Translations under genes and position numbers: made by a program
Notes under the pieces: generated by a model
Seen by the model: the letters and a program-made list of their open reading frames with translations, nothing else
The model's database searches: none
What the model was told of the DNA's origin: nothing
Part shown: in pieces, positions 11,405-22,446 of the stretch
How positions within the stretch are numbered: the first letter of the stretch is position 1
Layout: each line of letters opens with the position of its first letter
NCBI GenBank assembly: GCA_016933475.1
Contig: JAFGAW010000027.1
Coordinates: 403-64,402, forward strand
Reading direction: 5' to 3'
DNA: 64,000 nucleotides
DNA from: Thermoleophilia bacterium
GTDB lineage: Bacteria; Actinomycetota; Thermoleophilia; UBA2241

Positions 11405-12142
11405 TCAGCCGGGCCAGGTGCCCGCGAAGTTCTTCACGCTGCGCAGGGGAGCCTCCTGCTCGTCGCCCTTCGGCTCGGCGGCGAAGCGGTGGTTCCTCTT
11501 GCGCAGGTACTCGGCGAGGCCGTCACGCTCGGCCTCGAGCGTCGCGAGGTGCTTCCCGACCAAGGCATCGACGACGACGTCGTCCACGTCTCGTGTCAAG
11601 GCGATGACCAGGTGAGGTCGGCAGAGCAGACCGGGGGACGCCGCATACTCGGCGCGGAACGCGTCGTCGGCGAGCGCCTCGAGCAAGGTGCGGAGCTTGC
11701 GCTCGGTGGCTTCGTCGGCCGCCTCGCAGAGCCGGCAACGGGTGCGCGCACGTAGCGCGGCGACGACCTTCTGTGCGCGCCGGCCGCGCTTCCCCCCGGG
11801 CGCGGCCGACGTCAGCGCCTCGATGTCGTCGCGCACGAGGTCGCTCATGACGTCGGCGACCCCCGCCAGGTTGTAGATCTGGCCGCTGGCGGCGTCGAAG
11901 AGCATGCGGAAGTGACGCCGGCAGAACCCCTTCGAGGCGCGCAGCTTCTTGCGCAGGCCCACATCGGTCAACCCCTCGTAGGCGAGCCAGTGCAGCCGCG
12001 CACGCTCCTGTTCGTCGAGGACGGTGCACAGAGGGCACTCAGAGCGCTGCGCCGTGCGCACGGCGTCGCGCAGCTTCGTGCCGTGCGGGTCGCCCGAGGT
12101 GCGCCGCTCGCTCGCGTACTTCTCGAAGTCCAGCAGTCCCAT
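11405..12142 (-). CDS. Hypothetical helical protein with two CPxC...CxxH modules (paralogue B), downstream of the dynamin-like GTPase
   Basis: 245 aa; modules ECPLC-x39-CRRH and CRLC-x37-CRPH; no recognisable catalytic motifs; lies 47 nt after paralogue A on the same strand. Confidence 0.5.
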   Translation of the reverse strand: MGLLDFEKYASERRTSGDPHGTKLRDAVRTAQRSECPLCTVLDEQERARLHWLAYEGLTDVGLRKKLRASKGFCRRHFRMLFDAASGQIYNLAGVADVMSDLVRDDIEALTSAAPGGKRGRRAQKVVAALRARTRCRLCEAADEATERKLRTLLEALADDAFRAEYAASPGLLCRPHLVIALTRDVDDVVVDALVGKHLATLEAERDGLAEYLRKRNHRFAAEPKGDEQEAPLRSVKNFAGTWPG

Positions 12143-12189
12143 GCGATCTCCTGCTCCTCGGTCTCCCGTTCCCGCGGCGTCCGGCCGGG

Positions 12190-12867
12190 TCAGGTCGTGT
12201 GGTCTTCTCCGGAGAGCGCGGCGACGGCGGCCCGCCAGCTCTCGCGCTCCTCCGGGGACGGTTCGTCGGTCACGTGCATGTGGTGTGTCCTCAGGTAGCC
12301 GTCGAGATGCTCGACAAGACGCCTCATCTGCCCGCGCTGTACCTCGCGCAGCGACGCTCTCACCGCGTCGGTCATCTCCTCACTCCAGACGAGGCGGAAG
12401 TGCGGCAGGCAGAGGCCCTGCTCGCGCGCCGCGAAGCGGTGCGCGAGCTCCTCCTCGGCCAGGCCGCCGGCGAGCTGCAGCGCGCGGCTCGTCTGCAGGG
12501 AGGCGAGCGTCGTGCAGATGGGGCACGACGCGCCGCCCGTCGCGGGCTCGGGGCGAGAGGCGGTGCGCCGCTTCGTGGACGGGGTCTCCAGGGAGTCGAG
12601 CGCCTCCTGGAGCAGGGGGCGTGCGAGGCTCGCATTGATGAGGCCGTCTCGCCAGGTCTCCTCCTCGAGGTGCTGAAGCGCCCAGGCGTGGCTCCGGCAG
12701 AAGCCTCCGGCGCGCGCGAGCCGGCCCAGCAGTCTGGCGTTCGAGGAGCCCTCGCGGAGCAACGTGCGAAGGGCGCGGTCCTCGTCCTCGTGGGCGAGCC
12801 GGCAGAGGGGACAGCCCGGCAAGGCAAGGACGCGCAGCACCTCGACCTTCTGCAGGCGGTCCAGCAT
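12190..12867 (-). CDS. Hypothetical helical protein with two CPxC...CxxH modules (paralogue A)
   Basis: Start placed at the internal ATG (MLDRLQKVEV) to avoid overlap with the upstream GTPase; modules GCPLC-x38-CRSH and CPIC-x38-CLPH; clear pairwise similarity to 11405-12142. Confidence 0.5.
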   Translation of the reverse strand: MLDRLQKVEVLRVLALPGCPLCRLAHEDEDRALRTLLREGSSNARLLGRLARAGGFCRSHAWALQHLEEETWRDGLINASLARPLLQEALDSLETPSTKRRTASRPEPATGGASCPICTTLASLQTSRALQLAGGLAEEELAHRFAAREQGLCLPHFRLVWSEEMTDAVRASLREVQRGQMRRLVEHLDGYLRTHHMHVTDEPSPEERESWRAAVAALSGEDHTT

Positions 12868-12910
12868 CAGTCGCCGAAGCCGTGGCGTCGTGCGGCGGCG
12901 CGCGGCATCG

Positions 12911-14686
12911 TCAGCCGCCGCCGACGAGGATCGCCCGTGCAGCCCGGATGCTCTCCAGTTCCGCGGAGGCCTGGCGGCGTGCGCTCTCGGCCTCGCCGGC
13001 GGCCAGCCTTCGCTGCTCCAGCCCTCGCGCGACGGCGCCGTCGATGGAGCGCGCAATCCCGTCGAGCTGCTCGTGACCCTCGCGACGGACCCGGAGAGCG
13101 GCTTCGCGGAGACCGGCGGCGAGCTCGCTGCGCAGGCGCCCCGCGTGACGGTTGGCGAGCTCGCCGGCCCGTTCGCGGGAGCGTCGTGCGAGCAGCCGCC
13201 GCCGCAGCGGGCCCGGCACGGGTGCCTGCAGCGCCCCCGTCAGCATCTCGAGGCCGACCGGGTCGTCGCGCAGCTTGACGTCGACCGTCGGGGTGAGCTC
13301 TCCGGGTGACAAGCGCTGCGGGCGGGCGATCGTCACGCCGAGGACGCGCTCGGTGTCCCGGGTCAGCTCGACGGCGAGGCGGTCGAGAGCCTCGAGCAGG
13401 CGGGCCGCCGCGTCTCCCACACCCTCCTGCACGACGGCGGCCTCGAAGGTCGTCCGCGAGGCGAGCGCGGCGGCGATCGTCGCCGCCATGAGCTCGTCGA
13501 CGCGCTTCTCGTCGACCCGCTCGTCGCCCCGCAGGACGGGCTCGAGCGCCTCGAGCAGGTCACTCTCGAGCGCCCGGCGGAAGGCCGCGGCCCGGTCGCT
13601 CAGGGCACGCTCCACCTCCTTCACGCGGTGATCGAAGACGGCGTCCTGCTCTTCGGCAAGGCGGGTGATCGTGCCCCGGCTGGCGGTCAGCTCCTCCAAG
13701 GCGACGCCGAGTTCCTGCTCGCTGCGGCCGGCCACCTCGGCGAGCACCAGGTGCTCGGTCTCGAGCTCGTCGAGCAGGGCGAGGACGCGGCGCTCGGCGC
13801 GTGCGGCGTGCAGCGCCTCGTACCGCTCCTCGAGAAGCGCGGTCAATCGCGAGTGCAGCTCGGGTACGCCGCTCGCCGGGTCGCCGTCGAGGGCGGCCTT
13901 GGCCGACACGGCGAAGACCGGTGCGTCGCTGAGCCCGACGCCGGCCAGACGGCCGGCGACGAACGCGAGAGCCTCGGCTGCCTCGCTGCCCGAGAGGTAG
14001 TCGGTCTTGTTGAGCGCGAACAGCAGCTCGGCGCCGCGCTCGCGGAGATCGACGGCCAGCCGCTCCTCGGCCTCGGTGAGAGGCTGGTCGACCGAGAGCA
14101 CGATGAGTGCCACGTCGACCTGGGGAAGGAAGGCGAGCGTGTGGTGGCTGCCGGTCTCGAGCACCGAGCCGAGACCGGGCGTGTCGACGAGCACCGTGTG
14201 CGACGGGAGGTCGAGCTCCGGCAGCGTGATCTCGACGCGCGACAGGCCACGCCGGTTCCCCGGGTTGCCGGCCTCGGTGACGTAGTCGGCCAGGCGCTCG
14301 ACGTCGAGCGTGGTCTGCGAGCCGTCCTCGGCACAGGCCATCGAGCGCCGGGGACCCCGGCGCAACACGGTGACCACCGACGTGAGGGGGACGACGCCGA
14401 CGGGGAGGAGGCGCCGTCCGGCGAGGGCGTTGAGGAGCGTGCTCTTGCCGCGTTTGAACTCGCCGAGGGCGACGACGTACAGTCCCGCCTCGTCGACGCG
14501 CCGCCGCACGGCGTCGATCCGCTCGCGTTCGCTCTGGTCGAAGCTCCGGAGGCGCAGACGACGGAGGGCTTCGGCCGCCCGACCCGGGGCCTCGGCGGGC
14601 GGCGCCTCGGGGCTCGCGACGGTGGGCGTGTCGGGGGCGACCGGGGCCTCCTCGCCTCGTGTCGCGTGTGCCTCGGCTGGCGTCAC
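12911..14686 (-). CDS. Bacterial dynamin-like protein (large GTPase)
   Basis: G1 GEFKRGKST, G3 DTPGLGS and G4 NKTD motifs with dynamin-like spacing; ~590 aa with a long helical stalk region; GTG start. Confidence 0.75.
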   Translation of the reverse strand: MTPAEAHATRGEEAPVAPDTPTVASPEAPPAEAPGRAAEALRRLRLRSFDQSERERIDAVRRRVDEAGLYVVALGEFKRGKSTLLNALAGRRLLPVGVVPLTSVVTVLRRGPRRSMACAEDGSQTTLDVERLADYVTEAGNPGNRRGLSRVEITLPELDLPSHTVLVDTPGLGSVLETGSHHTLAFLPQVDVALIVLSVDQPLTEAEERLAVDLRERGAELLFALNKTDYLSGSEAAEALAFVAGRLAGVGLSDAPVFAVSAKAALDGDPASGVPELHSRLTALLEERYEALHAARAERRVLALLDELETEHLVLAEVAGRSEQELGVALEELTASRGTITRLAEEQDAVFDHRVKEVERALSDRAAAFRRALESDLLEALEPVLRGDERVDEKRVDELMAATIAAALASRTTFEAAVVQEGVGDAAARLLEALDRLAVELTRDTERVLGVTIARPQRLSPGELTPTVDVKLRDDPVGLEMLTGALQAPVPGPLRRRLLARRSRERAGELANRHAGRLRSELAAGLREAALRVRREGHEQLDGIARSIDGAVARGLEQRRLAAGEAESARRQASAELESIRAARAILVGGG

Positions 14687-14825
14687 ATCCCTCTCCTCAC
14701 GAAAAAAGCTCCTGCCCGGTCGGTTCGGACAGAAGCCATCAGCGCCTCAGCGCGGTTCGCGAGCTTCATCGCGTGGAAAGCACTTTACCACGGGCTCGCC
14801 GAGAGCGTCGAGCGGACTGCTGTAG

Positions 14826-16211
<1,386 letters not shown>

Positions 16212-16480
16212 GGCGGACCGGGGAGCGAGGGGTCTGTCCGGCACGCGTCGGAGTGGCGCCGGCTCTGCCCGGGCGCCCGTCGTGGTCCGTCGGGGTGGCA
16301 CGGGGACGCCCGATAGCGGCTCAGTGCCGGGCCCGCCCGGTGTCGGCTCGCGGCCGTGCCCGACCTGACGCCGCACGGGTGGACAACTCGGCGCGGCCGA
16401 CCCACACTGTGACGACGAGGCGCGGCGCGGCCGGGTGAGGCGGCGCCACGCCGGACCGGCAGACGAAAGGAACGGGGCGC

Positions 16481-17329
16481 ATGTACTGTCCTGAGTGTGG
16501 CACCGAGGCGGGCGAGGCGAAGTTCTGCCCCGAATGCGGCGCCGATCTCGGAGCGGTGCGGGGCGCCCTCAAGGGCAAGGTGGCCGCCAAAGGGCCGGGC
16601 GGCAAGGCCGGCCCGGGCGGCAGGGCCGGCGGTGGGCGCCAGGGCGGCGCGGCCGGCGGCGGCAAGGGCCACGCGGGCTCCGGCGGGCCTGCCGCTCAAG
16701 AGGCCGCTCCGGCTCCGTCCGGCGGCCTCTCCCCCCGCGTCCTCTGGGTGATCGTCGCCGTCGTCGCCGTCGCGGTCGTCGTCGCGGTCGCACTACTCTC
16801 GGGCGGCAGCGAGCAGCCGGCGGCCGACGCCGGCTCCGGGGGCATGACGTCCGGGGGTGTCACGCCCGTGGCCGTCGACCTCTCCGGCAGCTACCGCGAG
16901 CTCGTGCAGCGGGCCCATGACCTCTACGACCAGGGTGATGCGCTCATCCAGGCCGGGGACTTCGAGCAGGGCGTCGAGTACTTCGCCGCCGCCGCCCAGG
17001 TCTACGAGGCGGCTTGGGCCAAAGAGCCCGGCGACCCCAATGTGGGCACCGACTGGGCGACCTCGCTCTTCTACAGCGGCGACTTCGACGCGGCGGTCGC
17101 CCAGGTCGAGGTCGTCCTCGAGGAGAGCCCCGACTTCCAGCCCGCCTGGTTCAACCTCGGCAACTACCTGCAGCACCAGGCGCGCATGGCCGAGAGTTCG
17201 GGCGACACGGCCGAGGCGGAGCGGCTCAACGAGGCGACGCGAGAAGCCTACGAGACGGCTGCCGAGATCGACCCGGCCTCGGACACGGGCATCGAGGCGG
17301 CGGCACGCGCCGCCGAACTCGCCGAATAG
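16481..17329 (+). CDS. Hypothetical membrane protein: N-terminal zinc ribbon, Gly-rich linker, one TM helix, TPR-like C-domain
   Basis: YCPECGTEAGEAKFCPECG double CxxC; hydrophobic VLWVIVAVVAVAVVVAVALL; helical repeats with conserved Y/F/A/G spacing. Confidence 0.5.
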   Translation: MYCPECGTEAGEAKFCPECGADLGAVRGALKGKVAAKGPGGKAGPGGRAGGGRQGGAAGGGKGHAGSGGPAAQEAAPAPSGGLSPRVLWVIVAVVAVAVVVAVALLSGGSEQPAADAGSGGMTSGGVTPVAVDLSGSYRELVQRAHDLYDQGDALIQAGDFEQGVEYFAAAAQVYEAAWAKEPGDPNVGTDWATSLFYSGDFDAAVAQVEVVLEESPDFQPAWFNLGNYLQHQARMAESSGDTAEAERLNEATREAYETAAEIDPASDTGIEAAARAAELAE

Positions 17330-17346
17330 TCCGTGCCGGGCACGCC

Positions 17347-18783
17347 GTGACCGAGCGCACCGACCCGCTCGCGCAGTGGCGACGGACGAAGATCGTCGCC
17401 ACGCTCGGCCCCGCCACGGCCGACGAGGCCACCGTGGAGGCCCTCGTGCGCGCCGGCATGAACGTCGCCCGCATCAACCTGTCTCACGGCACCCCGGAGG
17501 AGCACGCCGCGCTGCTCACCACGGTGCGCCGCGTCGCCGCGCGGCTGGACGCCGCGGTCGGAGTCATGGCCGACCTGCCGGGGCCCAAACTGAGGGTCGG
17601 CGACCTCGCCGAGCCCGTCGCGATCGCCGTCGGCGACCGCGTGACGCTCGGCGCCCACGCCGACCTCCCGGCCAACTTCCCCGGACTGTTGCGGCACTTC
17701 GCCGCCGGGCAGCGCGTGCTCATCGACGACGGCGCCGTCGCGCTGCGCGTGGCCGCCGTCGAGCACTCCGGCGGCTCCCACGCCAAGGTCGTCCTCGAGG
17801 CCCAGAACGCGGGCGTGATCGAGACGCGCAAGGGCGTGAACCTCCCCGACACGCCCCTGCCCATCCCGGCCTTCACGGCGGAGGACGAGGGACATCTGCG
17901 GCACGTCCTCGAGCTCGGCGTCGACTTCGTCGCCGAGTCCTTCGTGCGCTCTGCCGCCGATGTCGAGTTGTTGAAGCGACGGATCGCCGAGCTCGGCGGC
18001 GACCAGCTCGTCGTCGCCAAGATCGAGAAGCGCGAAGCACTTCTGGCTCTCGACGACATCGTCGCCGTCGCCGACGCGCTGATGATCGCCCGCGGCGACC
18101 TCGGGGTGGAGATCCCGCCCGCCGAGGTGCCGGTCTGGCAGAGGCGCATCATCAATGCCGCGCGCGTCGCGGCGCGGCCGGTGATCACGGCCACGCAGAT
18201 GCTGCAGTCGATGGTCTCGAACCCGCGCCCCACGCGGGCCGAGGCGAGCGACGTCGCCAATGCGATCTACGATTCGACCTGCGCGGTGATGCTCTCGGGC
18301 GAGACCTCGATCGGCGCCTACCCGGTCGAAGCCGTCGGCACGATGGCCGAGATCGCGCGCGTCGTCGAGGCCGACATCGCCCGCGACGGCTGGCCGCTGC
18401 AGGAGTGGGCCCAGCGCCGGGCACGGACCTCCGACGCGATCAGCTACGCCGCCTGCGACCTGGCCCGCAAGATCGGCGCCGTCGCCATCGTGACGCCGAC
18501 GGCGACGGGGGCGACCGCGCGCGCCGTCGCGCGCTACCGCCCGTCGCCGCGTATCGTCGCCGTCAGTCCCCGCCCCCGGACGGTCACACAGCTCGCGCTC
18601 GCCTGGGGCGTCACGCCTCTGCTCCGTGAAGAGGTCCCTCACGCGGACGCCGTGATCCCGAGCAGCAACGACGCCGTGCTCGCGGCCGGGCTCGCCGGTG
18701 CGGGCGACCTGGTGGTCATGACCGCCGGCCTGTACGCGACCGCCGGCTCCACCAACCTCATCAAGGCGCACGTACTTCAGTAG
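17347..18783 (+). CDS. pyk: Pyruvate kinase
   Basis: RRTKIVATLGP, MNVARINLSHG and MIARGDLGVEIP motifs; GTG start chosen at 17347 inside the longer ORF. Confidence 0.85.
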   Translation: MTERTDPLAQWRRTKIVATLGPATADEATVEALVRAGMNVARINLSHGTPEEHAALLTTVRRVAARLDAAVGVMADLPGPKLRVGDLAEPVAIAVGDRVTLGAHADLPANFPGLLRHFAAGQRVLIDDGAVALRVAAVEHSGGSHAKVVLEAQNAGVIETRKGVNLPDTPLPIPAFTAEDEGHLRHVLELGVDFVAESFVRSAADVELLKRRIAELGGDQLVVAKIEKREALLALDDIVAVADALMIARGDLGVEIPPAEVPVWQRRIINAARVAARPVITATQMLQSMVSNPRPTRAEASDVANAIYDSTCAVMLSGETSIGAYPVEAVGTMAEIARVVEADIARDGWPLQEWAQRRARTSDAISYAACDLARKIGAVAIVTPTATGATARAVARYRPSPRIVAVSPRPRTVTQLALAWGVTPLLREEVPHADAVIPSSNDAVLAAGLAGAGDLVVMTAGLYATAGSTNLIKAHVLQ

Positions 18784-18981
18784 CCGGCTCCGCGCGGCGC
18801 AGGCAGTGCAGCCTCCGGAGGTGTGGCGCTCGGGCAAGGATGCGCCTGAGCCCGTGGCGTGTGGGCAGGGATGCTCGTGCCGCGGCGCGAATCAGTCGGG
18901 ACAGGGCATCGCGGCCGGCGCGGCATGCTTCCCGCCGTCTGTGAGACCCAAGGCCTTGAGGACCCGAAGGGGCGAACGAGC

Positions 18982-19395
18982 ATGGCAGCCACACGACGCA
19001 GGGCGCGCACGGCGGCCGCACGGCCGCGCGTACGCTGGGGCCGGTTCATGGCTCTCGCGCTCGTGCTGATCGCGGCCGCCCTCTACGCCGAGCCCCTGCG
19101 CGACTACTTCGTCCAGCAGGACCGCTACCAGAAGGCGGCCGGAGCCCTCGAGACGGCGCAGGCCGAGAACGCGGCCCTCCGCGCCGAGATCGAGCGCCTC
19201 GGGACCGATGCCTACATCGCCGAGAAGGCGCGCTCCGACCTGCAGATGGTGCCGCAGGGGATGCAGGCCTTTGTGGTCAAGGGCCTGCCCGGCGAGGAGG
19301 CCGCGGCGGGCGGCGCCGACGAGCAGGCGGTCGTGTCCGAGCGGCTGTCGCCGTTCGAGCGTCTCAGTGACCTCTGGCGGACGCTCTCCGAGTAG
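18982..19395 (+). CDS. Septum-formation-initiator (FtsB/DivIC)-like coiled-coil membrane protein
   Basis: Single TM (FMALALVLIAAALY) followed by a coiled-coil (ALETAQAENAALRAEIERL); the position after eno matches the M. tuberculosis eno-Rv1024 arrangement. ATG start taken at 18982 (MAATRRR), inside the longer track ORF (18859..19395). Confidence 0.5.
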   Translation: MAATRRRARTAAARPRVRWGRFMALALVLIAAALYAEPLRDYFVQQDRYQKAAGALETAQAENAALRAEIERLGTDAYIAEKARSDLQMVPQGMQAFVVKGLPGEEAAAGGADEQAVVSERLSPFERLSDLWRTLSE

Positions 19396-19484
19396 CGCCG
19401 GCTCCGCCGTCACACGAGCGAGTGTGACGTGCCCGATGCGAGTCGCGCGGGTCGTGGCGGGAGTGTGACGTCTCCCGCCGCGGC

Positions 19485-20093
19485 GTGTACGCTGCCGGCA
19501 TGGTCGCCGACCCCACGCGTCAAGCAGAGTCGTCCTTCCCCGGCGCCGTCACGGCCGACGACCTGCGCGTCGTGGCTGGCCAGCTCGGGCGTCGGCCGCG
19601 CCGGATGAGCGCCGTCGCGGTCCGCTGCCCGCACGGGTTCCCGGCGGTCGTCGAGGTCCTGCCGGTCGACGAGCGCGGCCGCCCCTTCCCGACCCTGTAC
19701 TACCTCACCTGCCCTACCGCGGTCGCGGCGATCGGGGCGCTGGAGAGCGCCGGCGGCGTCGAGCGCTTCCAGCGCGCGGTCGACGGCGATGACGGCCTGC
19801 GGGCGGCGCTCGCCGGAGCCGTGGTCGAGACGCGCACGCGGCGCCAGGAGCTCGTGCGCGAGCTCGCGCACGAGGATGCCGCCTTCCGGCTGTCGGCCGC
19901 GGGTACCGCGAGTCTCGCCACCGGCGTCGGCGGCGTCGCCGACCCGTCGTGCCTCAAGTGCCTGCACGCCCACGCGGCGCACGCCCTCGCGCGGACGGCG
20001 TATCGCCTGGGCGCGGAGATCATCGCCGCGGTCGGCGAACTCTGGTGCGAGGACCGCCGCTGCGCGGCGTTCGTGCCGGAGGAGGCGCAGTGA
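19485..20093 (+). CDS. DUF501-family protein (Rv1025-like)
   Basis: Conserved PTLYYLTCP and CLKCLHAH-type motifs; located between the FtsB-like gene and ppx as in mycobacteria. Confidence 0.5.
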   Translation: MYAAGMVADPTRQAESSFPGAVTADDLRVVAGQLGRRPRRMSAVAVRCPHGFPAVVEVLPVDERGRPFPTLYYLTCPTAVAAIGALESAGGVERFQRAVDGDDGLRAALAGAVVETRTRRQELVRELAHEDAAFRLSAAGTASLATGVGGVADPSCLKCLHAHAAHALARTAYRLGAEIIAAVGELWCEDRRCAAFVPEEAQ

Positions 20094-20133
20094 GGGCGCC
20101 GCAGCGCGCCGTGTGGGTCAAGAAGGACGCGCC

Positions 20134-21081
20134 GTGAAGGTCGCCGTCGTCGACCTCGGGACCAACACGTGTCGTCTGCTGCTCGCCGACGTCGTCGACG
20201 GGCGTCTGACGAGTGTGACGGCGCGCGAGACCCAAGTCGTCCGGCTCGGGCAGGGGGTCGACGGCCGCGGGCGTCTCGCGCCCGCGGCCGTCGACCGCAC
20301 CCTCGCCTGCCTCGCTCGCTACACGGCCGCCACCGCGGCCTATCGTCCCCAGCGCTCGCTGCTCTTCGCCACGAGCGCCCTGCGCGACGCCTCCGACGGC
20401 GAGGAGTTCCTGCGCCGCGTGGAGGCCCGGTACGGCTGGCCCTGGGAGATCATCGAAGGCGATCTCGAGGGGCGGCTCGCCTTCCGCGGTGCAGTCGCCG
20501 GGCTCGCTCGTCCCGTGCAGGAGCGGCTCTTGGTCGTCGACATCGGCGGCGGCAGCACCGAGCTGATCGTCGGTAGCGGGGTCACGGGGCAGGTCGCCGC
20601 CGTCCGCAGTGTCGACATCGGGGCGGTGCGCCTGACCGAGCGCTGCTTCGCCGACGATCCGCCGACCGACGTGCAGTGGGCGGCGGCGAGCACACTCGTC
20701 GCGAACGCGCTCGCCGCCGCCTCCGCCGAGGTCGCCGCCGCCGCGGGACGTCCCGGGGTCGGTCTCGGCGTCGCCGGCACCTTCACCACGCTCGTCGCCT
20801 ACGTCTTGGAGTTGCGCGAGTGGCGCCGCGAGCTCGTGGACGGCTACGAGTTGAGCCGCGAGACGATCCTCGGCGCGGTCGCCCGCTTCCGGTGCCTCAC
20901 GAGCGCCCAGCGGGCCGAGCTGCCGGGCATCCGCCGCGGCCGCGAGGATGTGATCCTCGCGGGCGCGCTCATCGCTGCCGAGTCGTGCGGCGCCTTCGGG
21001 CTCGATGCCCTGCGTGTCTCCACGTCGGGCATCCTCGAGGGCGCCGGCCTGTGGGTCGCCGGGCGGCCCGACCTCGGTTGA
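20134..21081 (+). CDS. ppx: Exopolyphosphatase / guanosine pentaphosphate phosphohydrolase (Ppx/GppA family)
   Basis: VAVVDLGTNTCRLLLA N-terminal ASKHA phosphate-1 motif; DIGGGSTEL phosphate-2 motif; GTG start. Confidence 0.8.
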   Translation: MKVAVVDLGTNTCRLLLADVVDGRLTSVTARETQVVRLGQGVDGRGRLAPAAVDRTLACLARYTAATAAYRPQRSLLFATSALRDASDGEEFLRRVEARYGWPWEIIEGDLEGRLAFRGAVAGLARPVQERLLVVDIGGGSTELIVGSGVTGQVAAVRSVDIGAVRLTERCFADDPPTDVQWAAASTLVANALAAASAEVAAAAGRPGVGLGVAGTFTTLVAYVLELREWRRELVDGYELSRETILGAVARFRCLTSAQRAELPGIRRGREDVILAGALIAAESCGAFGLDALRVSTSGILEGAGLWVAGRPDLG

Positions 21082-21205
21082 GCCGACCGGTGTCGGTGCC
21101 CGCGCGCGCGGCGTGGCACTCGGGGAGCGGCAGAGAAGGCGGGCGGTCGAGCGGACCGGCGCTCGACGGGCCATCGGCGTCCGCCCGCGTATACTCTGCG
21201 CTGAT

Positions 21206-21291
21206 GCCGGAGTGGCGGAACTGGTAGACGCAGGGGACTTAAAATCCTCAGTCCCGCGAGGGACGTCCGGGTTCGACTCCCGGCTCCGGCA
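21206..21291 (+). tRNA. tRNA-Leu (anticodon TAA), long variable arm; CCA encoded immediately 3'
   Basis: Acceptor stem GCCGGAG/CTCCGGC; D-arm GTGGCGGAACTGGTAGACGC; anticodon loop CTTAAAA; long extra arm; T-arm GGGTTCGACTCCCG; discriminator A followed by CCA. Confidence 0.85.
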
Positions 21292-21353
21292 CCACAGTGC
21301 AAGAGTACACGCCGGGGACGTGAACGAACGCCTCCGGTCGTGGGAGAGACGCG

Positions 21354-22445
21354 CTACCAGCGCCTCGGCATCTTCGGCACCGGGGTCTCGTCGCCCCGAG
21401 GGCGGGCCCGAGACCGCTGCCGGTCCTCCACGACTGCCGTGGAGCGTGCCGCACGGGCCGCTTCCTGCTCAGCCGACAAGTCGAAGTCGCGAGGGAGATG
21501 ACAGGCGATCCGCCGGCCGTCGCGGTCCTCGAGTGGCGGGATTTCTTGGTCGCAGACGTCCATGCGGAACTTGCAGCGCGGATGGAAGCGGCAGCCGCTC
21601 GGCGGGTCGATGGCGCTGGGCACATCGCCGGAGAGGGCCGCACCCGCACTGCGCCGGTCGGGATCCGGCGACGGCACGCTGGCCAGCAGCGCCAGTGTGT
21701 AAGGATGACGGGGATCTTCGAAGATCGTGGCCGTCGGGCCGCTTTCGACGATCTTGCCCAGGTACATCACGGCCACTGCGCTGGCGACCGACTCGACGAC
21801 CGCCAGATCGTGGGCGATGAACAGGTAGGAGAGAGTGAGTTCGATCTGCAGCCGGTGCAGCAGGGTGAGGATCCGGGCCTGCACCGAGACATCGAGGGCA
21901 GAGGTCGGTTCGTCCAGCACCATGAGGTCGGGCGACAGCGCCAGCGCCCTCGCGATGGCGATGCGCTGGCACTGACCGCCGCTGAACTCGTGCGGCCGCC
22001 GCCAGAGGTGCTGCGTGCCGAGGCCGACCATCTCGAGCAACTCGACCACGCGCTCGCGGAGAGCGTCGCCGCTGATCTCGCTGCCTACCCGCAACGGTTC
22101 GGCGACCAGGTCGTGGACCGTCATGCGCGGATTCAGCGAGGAGTAGGGATCCTGGAAGACGACCTGCATCCCTCGGCGCGCGGTCCGTTGTGTACCCCTC
22201 GAAAGAGCCAGCAGGTCGCGCCCGGCGAAGACGATGCTGCCCTTCTGCGGCTTGTTGAGCCCCAGGATGGCGTGCGCAACGGTTGTCTTGCCGGAGCCGG
22301 ACTCGCCGACCAGAGCAAGGGTCGTGCCTCTCTCGAGCGAGAAGCTCACTTCGTCGGCGGCGTGCACTGTGTCGATCGACTTACGCGTCAGACCGCGGCG
22401 TATCTTGAAGTGGACGGTCAGGTCCTCGACCTCCAGAAGGGACAC
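21354..22445 (-). CDS. Oligopeptide/dipeptide ABC transporter ATP-binding protein (OppF/DppF-like)
   Basis: Walker A GESGSGKTT, signature FSGGQCQRIAIARAL, Walker B LMVLDEPTSALD; C-terminal oligopeptide-ABC extension with a Cys cluster; GTG start just after the upstream stop. Confidence 0.8.
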   Translation of the reverse strand: MSLLEVEDLTVHFKIRRGLTRKSIDTVHAADEVSFSLERGTTLALVGESGSGKTTVAHAILGLNKPQKGSIVFAGRDLLALSRGTQRTARRGMQVVFQDPYSSLNPRMTVHDLVAEPLRVGSEISGDALRERVVELLEMVGLGTQHLWRRPHEFSGGQCQRIAIARALALSPDLMVLDEPTSALDVSVQARILTLLHRLQIELTLSYLFIAHDLAVVESVASAVAVMYLGKIVESGPTATIFEDPRHPYTLALLASVPSPDPDRRSAGAALSGDVPSAIDPPSGCRFHPRCKFRMDVCDQEIPPLEDRDGRRIACHLPRDFDLSAEQEAARAARSTAVVEDRQRSRARPRGDETPVPKMPRRW

Positions 22446-22446
22446 G

